Source: Phoronis australis (taxonomy: Eukaryota; Animalia; Phoronida). From it: a stretch of 64,000 nucleotides of DNA. Shown one piece after another: positions 26,301 to 41,300 of this stretch (position 1 is its first letter; the number at the start of each line of letters is the position of its first letter). The position numbers and the translations under genes are program-made. Below the pieces are notes generated by a model. The model was not told the origin of the DNA and made no database searches. It saw nothing but the letters and a program-made list of their open reading frames with translations. The stretch is taken from positions 1-64,000 of the forward strand of contig NMRA01000642.1 of NCBI GenBank assembly GCA_002633005.1, given 5' to 3'.

Positions 26301-29300
26301 CCGGGTGCAACACTGGAGCGAAGAACACACTTGACAGGAACTATCTACCTGACGCTAAGTATCACGGAGCAAGGATCTTCACTCAGGTACGGAAACGACA
26401 AACCACGCTTTAGAAATATGTAAATAGGCGGAATCGGGGTACACCAGGGTCATTCCACTTACAGAAACGGTCACTTAGTTACTACCACATATTTTACACC
26501 CACTGGTTTTTTTAAATGGCTTTGACTACCATACGCTACTTCAAATCGTACAAAGTGGTCCAATGGGCAAAATAATGGGAACTCGAATTTGACTTGGTGG
26601 GGCCTTTGAAGCAAGGGGGATTCAATAACGCTTCCGAAACACGAGCAAGCACAAAACGTCTGTTGTGATGAAAGACTTAAAGCCCGAACGCGTACATGCA
26701 CATGAACTCTGTTCCTGATTAAGATGTTAAGACAAGGGACCTTTAGTGTCACAGAGTGAAAATTAATTATTCAATAATTTCTTTTCCTTGTCACCAAAAT
26801 ATTTTGGTGTGTCTAAATTGGCATTTTTTGACTTGTTTCAAGTATATCAATGCCAATGTTCCAACCTTCACTAGGTTAAAGTGGTCCATGTTCAAGAGGT
26901 TCCTGAGGACGGAACCTGGCAAGTGACATACAGGCGTTGTCATGGCGACGAAGTATGCAAAGACGAGCAAATCGTTAGGGCTGATATCGTCATCTTGGGT
27001 GCGGGGTCGTTAGGCTCCACAGAAATTCTAGCGAGGTAAATGCCTGACATGGTTAAACGATGAATATCGTAGAACAGTCGGATTGTCATCATTTAAATTT
27101 TTAAAATATTCCGCAAGCTTTGTCGCTTTAATCTAGCACATAATCTTATACTTGTAAACCGTTTGAAGCGCTTATCCTGCACAGTGATAGGCCTACTTGC
27201 ATATTAGCTACGGCATGGTGTTCAACGTTTTCAGGTCGAAGGAGCTGGGTTTGAACATATCCGACACAATCGGGATGGGCTTCAGTGGAAACGGAGATCA
27301 GGTGGGCTTCAGTTACGCCAACGATGAAAAGACGAAGAGCTTGGCCGTTTCGTCTGATTACGAAGAGGGCAAGGCCGACCCCCCTGGTAAGCTTCATTCT
27401 CTTAATTAGTAAATGCATAACGTTAACATTTATCAATTTATAACAATGACGTCAACTGTGATATCAGTGCATGAATGACGTTTGTCTCTCTTTTGTATTG
27501 GACTAGGTGACATTTGAATTAACCTCGATACAGTCGCTATTTCCACAATGCTTATTTTTGTAGAGCTCTATTGAACGTACACATGAAGTTTACAATGCGT
27601 ATTTCCGGTGCTATCTAGCGGAAAGTATTAAACGAATGCACTACACGTACAGTCTTCCCGATCTTAGAACTAAATCTAAAGTTACACGAGAGTTGATAAA
27701 ATTATCAAGTGTCAACACAGAAAGCCCAATGAAGTACTGAAGAACTGTGAGTCCATGAAAACTCTAAGTATAATCTTAAGTGCTGTTTCAAAGGACTTAT
27801 CAAAACAGAAACACTTAAACACAAATAATAATACATCCGATGAGTGAGAGTCCCATACATGTACATGTACCAAATCATTCAGCCAAACAGGTGAAATTAT
27901 TGCTCTCCCTGGTCTGGTACGAGTTACTGACGTGTCTTCGTTGGTAGGAGATACTGGCGGAGTTCCAATGGTTTCATCCACTATCGTTTCGGTTGTAAGT
28001 TCGCAGTCGTCACTAAAATCTGTATTCGTGAACTGTTGGGAACGCGAAAGCATATCCTCGAAGACATAGACTTTCTTACAATGTGAACTGTTGCGGTTAT
28101 TCGACTTGTTGGCAGATGTACGTCAAACTGATGTCATGCAACTTTTGATGTTTTATACCTCATATGGTTTCGGATCGTAAATAAAAACAGTCATGGGTTT
28201 GTTTAGCTGACGCTGTTTGACGAGCACAGTGCTTCCAGGTTGAATCGTAGGGTTTTTGCTGTACATCGAAAGTATACATTTGATTTATGACAGTGTGTTT
28301 TGTGTCACATTATGTATACTTTGAAATGATGCGCGTTTAATTTTTAGGCAAATCGCTGTAGACTTTTCATTGACGTTGTAACGAACGGCTTTGAAAATAA
28401 AACAATTTACAATGACCTGAGCTCTCTACACAGGCCCCTGCATTACCAGTATCCTGGATTTACGCGACTTGAAAGACAAAATCACTCCTTACCATGATCA
28501 GCTGATAATACAGGACACTACGGTAGCCACAGCGGTGATCGACAGCTTCAAGGCCTTGCTGTTCTTAGGGTCGTCTCTGTACTCACACGACACTGACCCT
28601 AGTGACGACTTCCAGCAGTTTGTGGACAAGATTTCAGTAAGTTGATCTCAGAAGTTTTATAAACACCGTGGCCGTAGTGTACAGACATCAAAATGCACTG
28701 CATGATGTTGACGCAGTGACAACTGAGTTTTCTGGAAACTGTAATGACGTATGACTTTTTCGAGAGTAAACGGAACGGTGCACTCATTCGCAATTGCCTG
28801 TATATAAAACACAAAATTCATAGCAACAATCCGCTGTGAGCTTGTTTGTCGTCTTCAGGAGTTTCTATGGACAGTTGCAGATGACGTTGTCAAACACATT
28901 TGACAATCTGCACTTGCCAAAGGATAGGTGATATATTTCAAAGCAGGGCCCGAGCACTACATTAAACACCTAGACAACGGACAATGTTGTCAGGGCTCCG
29001 TTGGCCGGTTGCATGGAACAGTCCAAAAAAGGGACACAACAAAGTTGTCTACCGCGTGTTTGTGCGTCTCATTTTCAATTTTTGGCATTGATAGAAATCA
29101 ACTCCACGTGTACGTTGATTTTTGAATATTGTTGACAATAAGTAGGGATCTTTTCATGCGACGTCTCTAACTTAAAGATTGCAGAAAGTCCCTAATAATT
29201 TTGAATGGATCAAGCCTAAGTCTTGAATTATACAGGTAGTATAAGAAAATGTCACTTGTCAAAGAAGAGCTCAAAATAACGGTATCAAGCGACTGAAAAC

Positions 29301-32300
29301 TATATAACATCTGTAAGTATCGAACGAAACAAATATGCAAAAGATTTAGGGCACTTAGTTGAGTCCCTACTTGGAACTGTTTCATGCAACCGGACACAAA
29401 GTTATAAACCACTGGGCAATTCTTTAACTCCAGGGTGACGCAGCCATGAAGACCCTCGGTCTACTCGCCATGAGCCATGATCACGTGGACGTAAAAGGGG
29501 AGAAGAACAGCGGCCAAATAAAACTGGACAAAGATGGCGTTAGGATCGAGTGGCCGGACTCCGGGAGGAGTCCAAACTATAGAAGGATTGACGAAGTAAA
29601 TGTATTCTAAATTAAAAACATGTGCACACCCAAGAAATTAAACGTTTATGCATGCGAATTTGGAGGATAGAAAACATTGGGCCGTTCTTTTTTCCATGTA
29701 TTTTATATGCTCCTGCATCATGTATTGCCAGTAATGTCCAGCACTGCTAACCATTAAAACGCAGGTTTACAGGCTCGCCGCAAAGGCTTTGGGCGGTACC
29801 TTCGTTGAGAACCCACTATGGTCAGATCGTTTAAAGCCGATATACAGCGGTCGTGGTACAGTTACTGTTCATCCACTAGGAGGATGCAACATGGCGGAAT
29901 CTGGGAAGACGGGAGTCGTCAACCACAAATGCCAGGTATTTTTGGGTGAGTCTCGACCTTTTGTTTACGATTCCCGGGTTTACCAACAATTGCCCCAGAC
30001 TCTCAAGAATTAAGAACTATTGGTGAAATCTAAATTTCTGCAATGTCTTAAGTATAAAATACTGTATTACCTAACTGGTTCCTTGTGACTGTACATATGT
30101 GTACACATGCTAATTGTCTTTCATGTTTTTCCCTATTTAACTCGTGCCCTGCCGGTTCTAAAGGACACGTGGCAAATACAGGCATATCTTGTAAATGTAA
30201 CAGGGCCGTCCCGGATAACACGGCGACGGAACTCTCTTTTGTCCCCGAGATAAGAAAGCGCGTGACTTAGTTTTGGATATCAGCCACATTTTCGTGTCTC
30301 TCATTGAAATCAGGTAGGCGAAAAATTTCACATCACACATCCACGGGTATTTATTCTGTTTATCAATCTTTTTCAAGTCGGAGTTGGAGGCCACACCAAA
30401 GCTACATGTATGATATTCTTCGTTGGCATTGGAAGAACAAAACGAGTAATGCAACCAAGAAAAATAGTTAAGAGTCAGACAACAATAAATAATATGTGAA
30501 ACTCCAGTGGCACGAAAACGACGCAGCAAATATGCCTGGCGAATTTTTACGGCATTATGTGTACAACGAATTTCGAGTGTCGCTGTGTAATCCGAGACAG
30601 CCCTATTGATGTTGGTTTTTAAACTATCTCTGAAATAAAACGTCATATGTTTATAGGTAATACTGGGAATGTATTAAGAGGGCTCTACGTCGTTGATGGC
30701 GCAGTCATGCCTCGATCAGTAGGGATAAATCCCTTGCTGAGCATATGTGGAGTGGCTGAACGATGCATGCGACTCATGGCCAACGATTACAACTGGATCA
30801 TTAACTACGATTTTGTAGGAAATCCGGGTAGGGTTTATGACAGGTAATGTCAAACCTACAATGTGCCAATAGGTCGGTAAACTGAAATACAAACGACTTA
30901 AACGATTCATTTCTCAAGCGGGTTACTACAGATTGGCCTAGTCGGATATGTGTCCGTTTTCTTTACTCAAGTCCGTGTGTTCGAGTCCCACTGAGGCCCA
31001 GTGGACACCACCATTAAGCCAACTGTGTAGCTCCTTAGCTCGATTGTATCCATGTATCAATAAATCAAAAATATGGCTCTAGGTGATCAGGGCAATGGGT
31101 TCACCCGAGCGGCCTGCAAACGTCTGTTACAACTTGCATCAGCCCCTGTGCAGTTATTCTTTGTAAAAGGTTATGGTTTGTACACGTCTTGCTCTTGATT
31201 GTCGCACTTCCGGTTTATCACTCAAGTTTGACATTACTCAACTGTTTATCCTAGCTACCATTGACTGGTCAACGGCCAAGACACCCGGATTTAGAATTGA
31301 AGAGACCATGAAAGGAAGTTTCCAAATGACCAACAGGAGCAAGACCTCTGACCTTGAGGTCAACCTGACTTTGTCACACAAAGATTTGGTGTACTTTGTT
31401 GATAAAGACCCGAATCACCAGGCCCTGGTAGATGGCGTTGTGAAATGTCCTTCATTGTCTAAGCAGCCCTTGACTGCGAAAGGTACATGTATGTGAAAAT
31501 TACCCTATGCATTACAAATTGTCACTTATGTGGTGTCACTGTTGTTCTTTTACAAAAATCTTGTTCAACATTCTTCAAAAATTTATCCGCCGATAACCAA
31601 GTCAAATCTAACTATCAAACGTCAAAGTATATTACTAAAAACCAACCGCTTAAAGGTGCTGGTCTCACGTACAATGTACAGGTTAAAGAAATACGAGAAT
31701 CCCAAGTAAAAAAGTAAAATAAAAAAGTACTTTAAGCGTTGTCAATCGTTCTAAGCCAGATATATAATGTGCTTACCTCTTCACATTAATTGACTTACCC
31801 TAGGTATGGTACAAATGTTTGTAAGCGACACAGGTCCACATAGCAAGATTGGTCAACATTACATGAAATATCGACTGCAGCTGCTGCCGCCTGGCAATAA
31901 AAACCAGTACTTCTTTTATGGGGAGAAGGATATTCGGAAGGATCGTAATTTCGAAGTTGGATACGCAGACACAACTACCCTAGTATGCTGCATATACAAA
32001 GGAGCCAGTGAGAACGGTAGAGTATTGGAATTCGGGGATGCTGTCGTTATGCTAATGGAGCGTGGTGCGGTTGTCGGGCTCGAATACTCCGTTACATCAC
32101 AGATAACTTTGTGGCATGTAAATAACATAACGTAAAAACACACTTATCTTTTGCGTGCACCAAAACTCGGGTCCTCAGCAACACGGTGTTTGGTGTGCTT
32201 ACGACAAAGCAACCTGTCTTGATGATTTAAACATCATTGTGTAACTTGCTTAGGCAGTCATTGGAACCATATCGGAAGATAAAACCCGGAATCAGTTAAA

Positions 32301-35300
32301 GACTCACACTCCGTATGTCACAGATTGGATATTGCTGTACTTAGTGGTTGGTCTTACCCAACAGTTGCCGTGCAAATGACTAATCGCCAGGATTTTGAGT
32401 CACGCTTAACTGACCATTCAGAACTTATCATTCTTGACACACCTTCGTTTCCAAGCCACCATTTTGCCCTTCAAACAACACGTTGCCGGGTAAAACGTAA
32501 TGTTTGTTAGTCGACATTACGCAAGGAGACGGATCTTGCGATAGGTCAATTAGCTAAAAGCGTAGGTCACGCTTTCGCGTTTGGCAGACTCGGAAAGGAT
32601 TTTTCAAATTGTACTCGTTTTTAATCTGTTTATGGCCAAACTGGAAATGGTATCATTATAAAGGTTTGAAAGCGAAAATCAAAAGGCCTCAAATGAGCGC
32701 ATAGATTATCCAATGCGACGAGAAAACTTGGAAAACAAATCTCTTCACCTAAGGCACAATTTATGAATCAGGTGACACGTGGACATCACCTCTGAGACTT
32801 CCCCGGGTATTTACTAGCCGGCAGCAGTTCCACGTTACATTTGAAAAACGAGCTCAGTTCCGTTAAGGAAATATCTCGACTAATTGTGTATGCCATATTT
32901 TTCAATTTTTCTAAGTAGAACTTACAATGCTGTTTGCTGGTACATTTTTAAGACTTGGAACAAATTAAATGGTTTTAAAATTACTGTTTTCTGTAGTGTT
33001 TAACCGGAAGTTAAAGAAGACTTATTTTGCACAGGGTTGACATTTTAATTAAAGTTATTGTGTTTTGTGCCATTCCTTTCAAGCTGGGAAATTACATATA
33101 CCCACTTTCAATTTCCCATTTTTACTCTATTTCTTAATCAGTAAGTCGTAAGAAGCGTCCTGAAATTATTATGTTTTGGGCGTGATTTGCGCATTCTAAG
33201 ACCTCATTTCATCATAGATTATAGACAACAGATATGCAACTCCGACATTTTCTTGCGTAGTATTCTAGAGGAGGCGCTACTCTCCTAAATTACCAATTTC
33301 AGTTTCCGGTTAGTGTATTGTGACGGGAAATTCTCGCATCCATTTTACAGCCCAATGCATATAAAAAGAGATTTCGGCATTGAAACGCTGTTCAAAGTCT
33401 TTCCAATAGTAGAACTATTGGTATCGCGAGTAGCTTACTTTTGGAAACCCAACCACACAACGGCCGACCGTGATTACCAGACGACATGCTTGCCGGAACT
33501 AAAACTTGCTAATTTTGCCAGGTGACGTCACGGCTGATGCGTAACGTCACATATTTCGTCCATTGAAAATATACGGAGTTGGCGGTCCATGTACCATAGT
33601 CTATGATTTGTTGTAAGAATAGCCATGCATGAAATAAGACTGGCTGCAACAATTTTATGAATTAGTGTACTACAGCACAAATATCTCTTGCGAATTTATG
33701 GATTTTAGGACAATACAGTTGAGGTTGTTTAAGCTTCATGTGTGTACAAGTAGGTACATACATGTACGCCCGTGTGTGTGCGCGTACACCTGATATGAAA
33801 GACCCTGGTTCACGCTACGCATCTCTCTTCTTATTCCCCTGTGTAGATGCTGTCAAGATCGGACAAGGTTTGATAAAGATGCCCCTCGCGTCATTGCTCA
33901 ACTCGCTCACAACTCTAAAAATCACAAACGTGGAAGGTGGATTTGCAGATCAAGCTCGCCTTAAAGCTCAGTTCTTCAAACTCTTCTTGGGAGAGATTTA
34001 CAACATTTACAGTCCTTTTGCCAGCAGTCAGATGTGAGTCCGAATGATTAACAAAGGTGTGGACTTAAGTGTCCTTTTGAGGTCACTTAAGTCAAGACCA
34101 ACTGCTTTATGTCCCTGAATTTTCTTATATGTGAATATCATAAGAAAATGAAATACTTTCTTATTATGGTGGAAAGCTTTCTTTCTTACGTTTTTAAGCC
34201 ACTATTTGATATGAGTATATTATATTAGTATATGGACTACAAACCAGTCGAATAAGGCTCTTTTGTAAGCGTTACAGCTCCCCTTTCTGACAACATTTGA
34301 AGAGTGTGTCTTTCTGACAATAGTTGAAAATCTTCTCCGTAAAATTTCGCAACAGCACGAATTATGTGCTATAAAAACGAAACGTATACGAATCTGTTCT
34401 ATACCGGATTTTTTGGTCGATTGCGTGGAATAAGGGTTTCGCGTTCCGTAATAAATCATTGAATTGGGTTTGATATCATGAGAGCTACAACAATCTATTA
34501 AATCTTTGCCCGTCTTCTTCAGGGCCCTACCTAACAACAGAGTGAAGAGACCGTTAAATCTTCCTGACCACGCCCTGCCTGTTGTCTATCAGGTACTTAC
34601 GGAAGACGACACTGTCAACAACCTGATACGATATCAAGGTGGGACATCAGTTGAAAATTGAACTGCTTTTGATGTTGGGTACTATCCGGTCGAATGTAAG
34701 GGAAAAAATTGCTTACACTGTTTTGTAAAAGACGCATGCTTAGTAGAGTTAAATTTGTCGTGCGGTCCTCATGAGTTGTGTGGCACATGATTTTTGAAGA
34801 ACTCCCGCGACTCAGAAAAAGCTGCTGATGCACTGCGACAGTGACCCCCTCTAACGAGAACCCTTTTCATTATTGAGCAATTACCATCAATATCAGTTGA
34901 ACCCAATATACATATCAACATAGGCTGTGTTATTTTCTTCACCAGGTGGCAGCAAAGGGCCGGTTTTGCTACTCCATGGTCACGGGACATATTCGATCTT
35001 GTTTACCCTGGATACGGTATCTGAAAACATGGCGGAGTTTCTGGTGAAAAGGAAATACGACGTCTGGTGTCTGGACTGGAGATGTAAGTCTTGATTTGAT
35101 CTCCAAACTTCAATGTAAATGCTAACACTTCGGGAAACTAGGTCGCATGCTCGTCGCATACAGAACTGTAGATGGGCGTATCCATTGTTTATTTTGTTTT
35201 TCTTTCTTGAACTGAAGATAATGGCGAGCATGTATCGGTAACCAGCTGGTGTGCACCCGAGGTACGATATCCATGCGACCTGTATTGTTATGTCCAACAA

Positions 35301-38300
35301 AGACGCCACGAAGGATAACAATGACAGTCCTCTTAACCGATAACCATGCGACGTGCTTACGCCCATGGTGTACATCCTGCATGTAAAACAATGACTTGCG
35401 ACCTACATACGAGGTCAATTGGCAAAATAACACAGAAGTGTGTACATTGGTGTAGAAGACTCCGATAACCATGCGACGTGCCTACGCCCGTGGTGTGGAT
35501 CCTGCAAGTAAAACAATGCCTTGCTACCTACTGTACATACGAGGTCAATTGGCAAAATAACATAGATGTGGGTACATTGGTGTAGAAAACTTTGTTATTT
35601 CAAGAGTCATGTGGAAGATGTTCATTTTTCCATTTCAAAGGTCTCCGTGATTGTTCGTGGCTGCCTTTTAGAGCATTTGGGTTATTGAGAGTCTCCAGCT
35701 TAACATGCAAAATAGGGTCGATAATTAACTCTGCATTAGCTCGTCGTTTACATATGCGTCCAAAGGCACTCTGCAAAGCCTGGTTCCACCGAGACTGTTA
35801 TGACTTGCCAACCATGGAAAAGAAATGCATGCGAGAAATACAGCAGGAAAAGTATGTGGGCCAATTGAATCTTAATTTCCCTCTTCATTTACTTATAGGT
35901 GCTCCTTATCGACCAGAAGCTCGCAAACCTTTTACTCTGGACGACGTGGCCAAGTACGATATCCCATCCGCTGTTGATCGCGTGCTGAAGGAAACTAATC
36001 ACAAAGATCTTGAGGTAAATCAGGCACAGTGTACCAACAGAGATCTTACTGTGTCTGCTTTAACAATTTTTGTAACTGTATTGACAAATTTAGCAGAATT
36101 TTCCACTTCGCTGCTGCAATATTTTTTTGTGCATAACTGATAAATATACCATAAGGCGAAGTCAGAAATGGAGGATGTTTTTTAACCGTATTCCGTTATT
36201 TCTACTCTAGACGTTATATCTTATTCATAAAAAAACACGCCACGCTTGACAATTTTCTTCCCCTGATTGGGTACGTTTTGGAGTTTGCCAGACAGGGGTA
36301 CGGGGCAAGGGTAAACAGTTGTCAAGTCCCATTGTGTACTGCAGCAAACCCAGGACGACGGTAAATTCTTTCCAAGATTTGGTGTAATTCCTGAAGGTGA
36401 TGATCGACATTTGACCTCCCTTTGAACCCGAGTCGGCTTGAGAAATGAATTCAGCTCAGTCATGAACCTTTGGAATTATGAACCTTCTGATTTTAGGTCG
36501 TTTGGACTTTTTTGATTTTTGAACCTGCGGACATATGAACCTCCAGGACTATCGAGTGGTATCTTACGAGGACAAAGAGTGAAACACATCCTGGACTCCC
36601 TTCTCTTAAGAGTGTGTTCTTTGAAATCGTCGAGTGAATTAGACCAAGTCGTTGATATCACGTTCGTTTCTATGATTGACTTCTGTTGATACCTGCGTGT
36701 GTCAGACTGAGTTGTTTTAGATGTTTGGGTTCATTGCCTGTCCGAGTGTCTTGATCATTTAGATCCTATGTCACTGTCTGGGAGCGCCAGCCTTCTGGAT
36801 GTCACGACTTGGCGGCTTTCTCGACGGCAAGATTCGTTGTGTGGCTAATTTACAAGGAAGCATTACGCCATACCCCAGTCCTCTGAACAAGGTAGGATTG
36901 CAATGTAAAGACTTAGAGTGCTTGTTAATGTGTTCAAGTGGAGTTGAATTTTATAGCTCTTTTAACGTATTCTAATTTTCCGAAAAAAATTTTAGTCTAA
37001 CCTATCAAAAGGTCGGGATTTCGTGGCGCTGAGAGCAGTCGTACATGTACATGTATATTGCAAACACTGTTCACTGGAAAAGAATGAAACCATTGTAAAA
37101 ATGCCAAAAAAAAAACGCCGCATTACCTTTAGGTGTAGGTTGCGGGTGGGGAGGGGGGGGGAGGGGGGAGCGTGGAGGCACCTCTCGGCCGAAATGTTGG
37201 GAAACAGAGATAGGTTTTCGCTCTCAACATTTATTGCCAAGTAATTAACGATTAACTGAAAAACTTCGACACATCAAGGTTGTTTTAAAATATGACTGCA
37301 AATTGATCAGACTCTCATGACATCAAATGCTTCCTGCGCCTGTGCTTTAGTCACTTTGTCTTCGACGATCCGGTAATCTGTTACTCTAAGTACAAAAATG
37401 AAAGTCAACCTCGTACTACGGGACAACGCGAAAGTAAATCCTTCAACAAGTCCTGGTGAGGGGACGCTCCTATTAGGCGCAAAAGATAGTGTCATATTTG
37501 TTTTAAAAATAATTTTGCCGGATTTTAATGAGTTTTGCAAGCTTTTGCATTGCCTCATTTTTGGTGTCGACACGTGTCAACTTGTAATAGGACACTGAGT
37601 TCATCGTTTTAAGGGATATAAGAATGTCACACAACGAGTTCAGACGAGTGGTATCGCATGTTTTATTTCACCGAAGCTTTCTTTACAAATTTCAGGTAAA
37701 AGTTGGCTTGAAGTTATCGAGCTTTTTTGAAAGTTTTGCACTGGAAGCCATTGACATATACGATGACGACTTGTCTCTCTTGGACAGAATGCTACAGAAA
37801 TTCTCCAAAGGTAAGTTGTCGCTGAAACTACGCTGTATAAGAGTAAGATAAACATGTGGCGTTTTCACTACAACTTTGTAACACTGTACCGCCCGCCAGT
37901 CACGCGATGTAAGCGGCACTCATCGTTCAGCATTCCGACGCTGATTTCTAATGACTGTTGGTGACTGATGGTATGTTGTTTTGGCTTTTATAGTCGGCAA
38001 GCTTACTCGCAATGTACAATGTACATGTACTGGCTGATGCACCGCCGCAGATTGTACGTCTCCTTATTAAGCGCGCTCAACTGATCAACTCAATAGGCCT
38101 ACATTTAACGCAGTACCTCCATGTCCTGGGTTCCTGATAATTGAAATTCATCCCTTTGGCATCAGAATAAAGTATATTCGTTTTTGCGTTAGTGTACAGT
38201 ACATTGTAATTATCCTCTTTTCCCCAATATTTTTTACATTTTCTCATCTTTTTCACATTTTNACTAAAAGTTTCTTTTCGGAAACTCACCCGGGACTCGG

Positions 38301-41300
38301 ATGCCGGGTGGGCTAGCAGCCAAGCACATATTCACATAGTCAATTGTCCTGGGTGGGAGTGTGTCCAACATAAGACTAAGAGGTGTATGGTAGGTGACGA
38401 TCAGAAGTCAAGGGTGACTTTTTCACAGCAGTTTCTCTTAAAAAAACTATGCTATGTCCAATAAAATTCTGTAGGTTATAGCCGACCCCACCCCCAGGAC
38501 TACCAGATTTACGTACCCAATTAACAAGAATGAACATGAATAAGCTATTCAGTAAATATCGTAACATTACAATGGAATAAAAATTGACACCTAGAATGAA
38601 TTTTACTTTTCGAGATCAGAAGCACATTTTAGGTGTCATGAAAAATACACATTGTTAAATAACTTTTAGCCTGTTTCACATATTTTAATTCAGATCTTAA
38701 ATAAGATTTGGGTACAAAGAATATTAGTTTCTACATAAAAACATGAAGATGAAACATCAAGTATATTCTGCCTTACCGAAGTAGGTTTGTCTTGCATTTT
38801 CTTTTGCTAATATTTCTCCGACTATTCTGTTACAGGTAAGAGAAAACGACTGAAACCAGCTGCCTGACCATCTGTTTTACCGTTTGACCAAGTGAAAAGC
38901 AATCCTTCAGCAATAACTTGACAGAATTGAACCTAATTCAAAAATTCTGCTCTTGATATGCCTGATTATGGACAATGTTGTTTCTTTGTTTGTATTTGGT
39001 TGTTCAGTTTGCCATTTTGTTTTTAAATACATCGATAATTTTTATTCTCGAATCTTGTGCATAGCAGATTCTCATTCGGCTAGCTACAAATGAAAACATA
39101 CTTTTCTTGCATGTGGAACTTTTGTTCATAGACAAGTTAACACAAAAGTTACAATTTTTCAAAGGCCTTCTTAAGAAAGCTCTAAATATAATTACACACA
39201 CAAACAAATCAAATGAAGGGAATATTTCCTTTTGATTCCTGCACATTTCTATAGGTCAACAGGAAAATATTTCGTAATCATTTCAGCTTGATAAAGAATA
39301 AGCACAACTGCACTGTATGGGGCTTTAAAACTGAAGAAATTTTGTGGTTTCAATAATTAGTGACATACTTGCCTGTTGATGAAAAAATTATTCCATCGTC
39401 AAAGTGTAACATTAACGGGCTTTCTACTGACAATAAGACAATCGATGCAATCACTGAATGTCATTTCCCCATAATGTGTGCCAAATTGAAAAGATTTTAC
39501 CATTTGTAAAAAGCCTTTCTTCTGAAAGGAAAAGTTAATGCCACTCAGTGAGAAAGAACAGGTATTTATCCCAGATGCTTTTGGTTTTCATTTCACTGGG
39601 ATCTAGTTTCAATGGCCTATAGAAGCGCTTGTAAAAAAGGCCCAGTTTCGGCATGTGGCTTTCGTTCGTGTAACCCCATTCAGCCTCAATAACATCCACA
39701 ATTAGATCCTTGAAGGTACACAGAGCAGCATATCACTGACTTGTTTTTGCCCAAAATCTGACCCTGAACTAGTGTCACTAGGTCTTATTTAGCTTCAGTT
39801 CCTCATGTTTCTTCCAGGAAAGGAAATAAGCTATTGTTCACACATGACTCATTGCCTATGAAAGGGCATCCTCACCAATGAGACTGACTTGTGTAGCTGT
39901 CGGATTTAGTTTCTCTTCATACACAAACAATCCACTGGCACATTGTTTTATGGTAACTTAGTACTGCGATTCACATTTCTCCAGGGCCACTGACTTGTAC
40001 ATTATGCCATGCAGCACTGCTGGTGCGTGTAAATGCCGAGGGAAGAGAAAGGAGTAACAAAGCTTGTCTATGTTGCGGCTTGAAGTGGTCTTAAAATGTC
40101 AATGAACCTGGAACAAATATTGAAATATGAATAATTAAGTACTCCAGGTTGGGTCAAAAATGCTACCCCTGTTTTCCAAAAATATGATATGGTGACTGCT
40201 CTACGATTTCACAAAAAAATTACTATTTTCAAAAAAGCAAGGGTGTACATAATAAGTATTGTATAAAACTGCGTCTTTATCTTTCATACGTAGCCATAAC
40301 AATTCTTTAAATGCATCACATGTCTTCAAAATATGCAAGTTTTTGAGACAACTTCAAACCTTTGTTACCCATTTTCAATTTTTATATTTTTGATATTTTC
40401 AGCAATTTTAAACTCCGAGTTAAAATTCATCGGTCTGTCAAGCCTACTTCTAGTCTAAGGCTGAGGGAACGGTTTCTCAGACTTTTTATTTTTCTCCTAA
40501 TAGAAGATATGAATACTTGGGTCATTTAAAAAATGATGGATAATCTTTCTTTTGTTTAAGAGTAATTACAAATCGTAAGGCACCATCAAAAATGCAATTT
40601 TCACAAAAAATGGAAGTCATTTGAATTTATAAATGACTTGCAAAATTTCAAGGCATGGGTTAAGACTCGGTCACTGAAAATTCAGAAAATGTAGTATATT
40701 TTTATGGGTTTACAATTGATAGCAAAACGGTTTCATGAAATAAACTCGAAGGAGCTTCACGAAGGTTAAGCATTACCTCGCCATGCTCTTTCCCTCAAAA
40801 ATGTATTACCTGTTATTTCCACAGTCAGTTGCACCAAATTTTACAACCTTAACCCCCTATGCCAATCCCCCCCTGAGGACCAGAATAAGGAAATTAACAA
40901 AATGACTTACATTACCTTTCTTTAAAAAATATCTGTTCCTTTTCAAAGGCTTTGTTCGTTGTCTCCAATATAGAAAGTAGGCTTTGACAACAAATCTGCA
41001 CTGGACGGGACGATCTTGCTGGTTAACTGCAGTCAAATGCTTAAAACCAATTTTTGTCCATTCAGGATGGTGCAGAAGTGATGCATATCTCCTCTTTACG
41101 GTACAACTTGAGATATCAAACCTAAAAATCAAAGGTCACGTGAAAACAGACATGATAGATTTCCATTTCAACGTGTAATAGATTTCCGGAAGACCTAGGA
41201 TAGGGAGTAAACTAATAGTCTATGGATATTTGTCACTTACCCTTCGCCATTGGACTTGGATTGTAATCTTAACTCACTAACCAGAGTTGAAAGCATAAAC

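Larger units (their letters stand above)
23335..30827 (+). other. GMC oxidoreductase / cholesterol-oxidase-like FAD module of the large gene
   Basis: Motifs YDVVVVGSGYGSSIAA...VCVLERG (FAD Rossmann), GCGLGGTSLINASV, CNGCGNCVTGCN, VILGAGSLGSTEIL, TVHPLGGCNM and GLYVVDGAVMPRSVGINP. Confidence 0.88.

Noticed and set aside
33211-33607. Possible MITE with ATCATAGA.TAT / CATAGTCTATGAT ends
   Set aside because: The inverted match is short, with no clear TSD or second copy in the window.
35337-35591. Possible CRISPR-like or regulatory array
   Set aside because: Just two adjacent ~125-bp units without spacers, in a eukaryotic intron.
35592-36140. 182-aa ORF (and its twin at 42683-43231) as a stand-alone gene
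   Set aside because: Only 35899-36014 has hydrolase-like sequence and splice sites; the rest is intron read-through.
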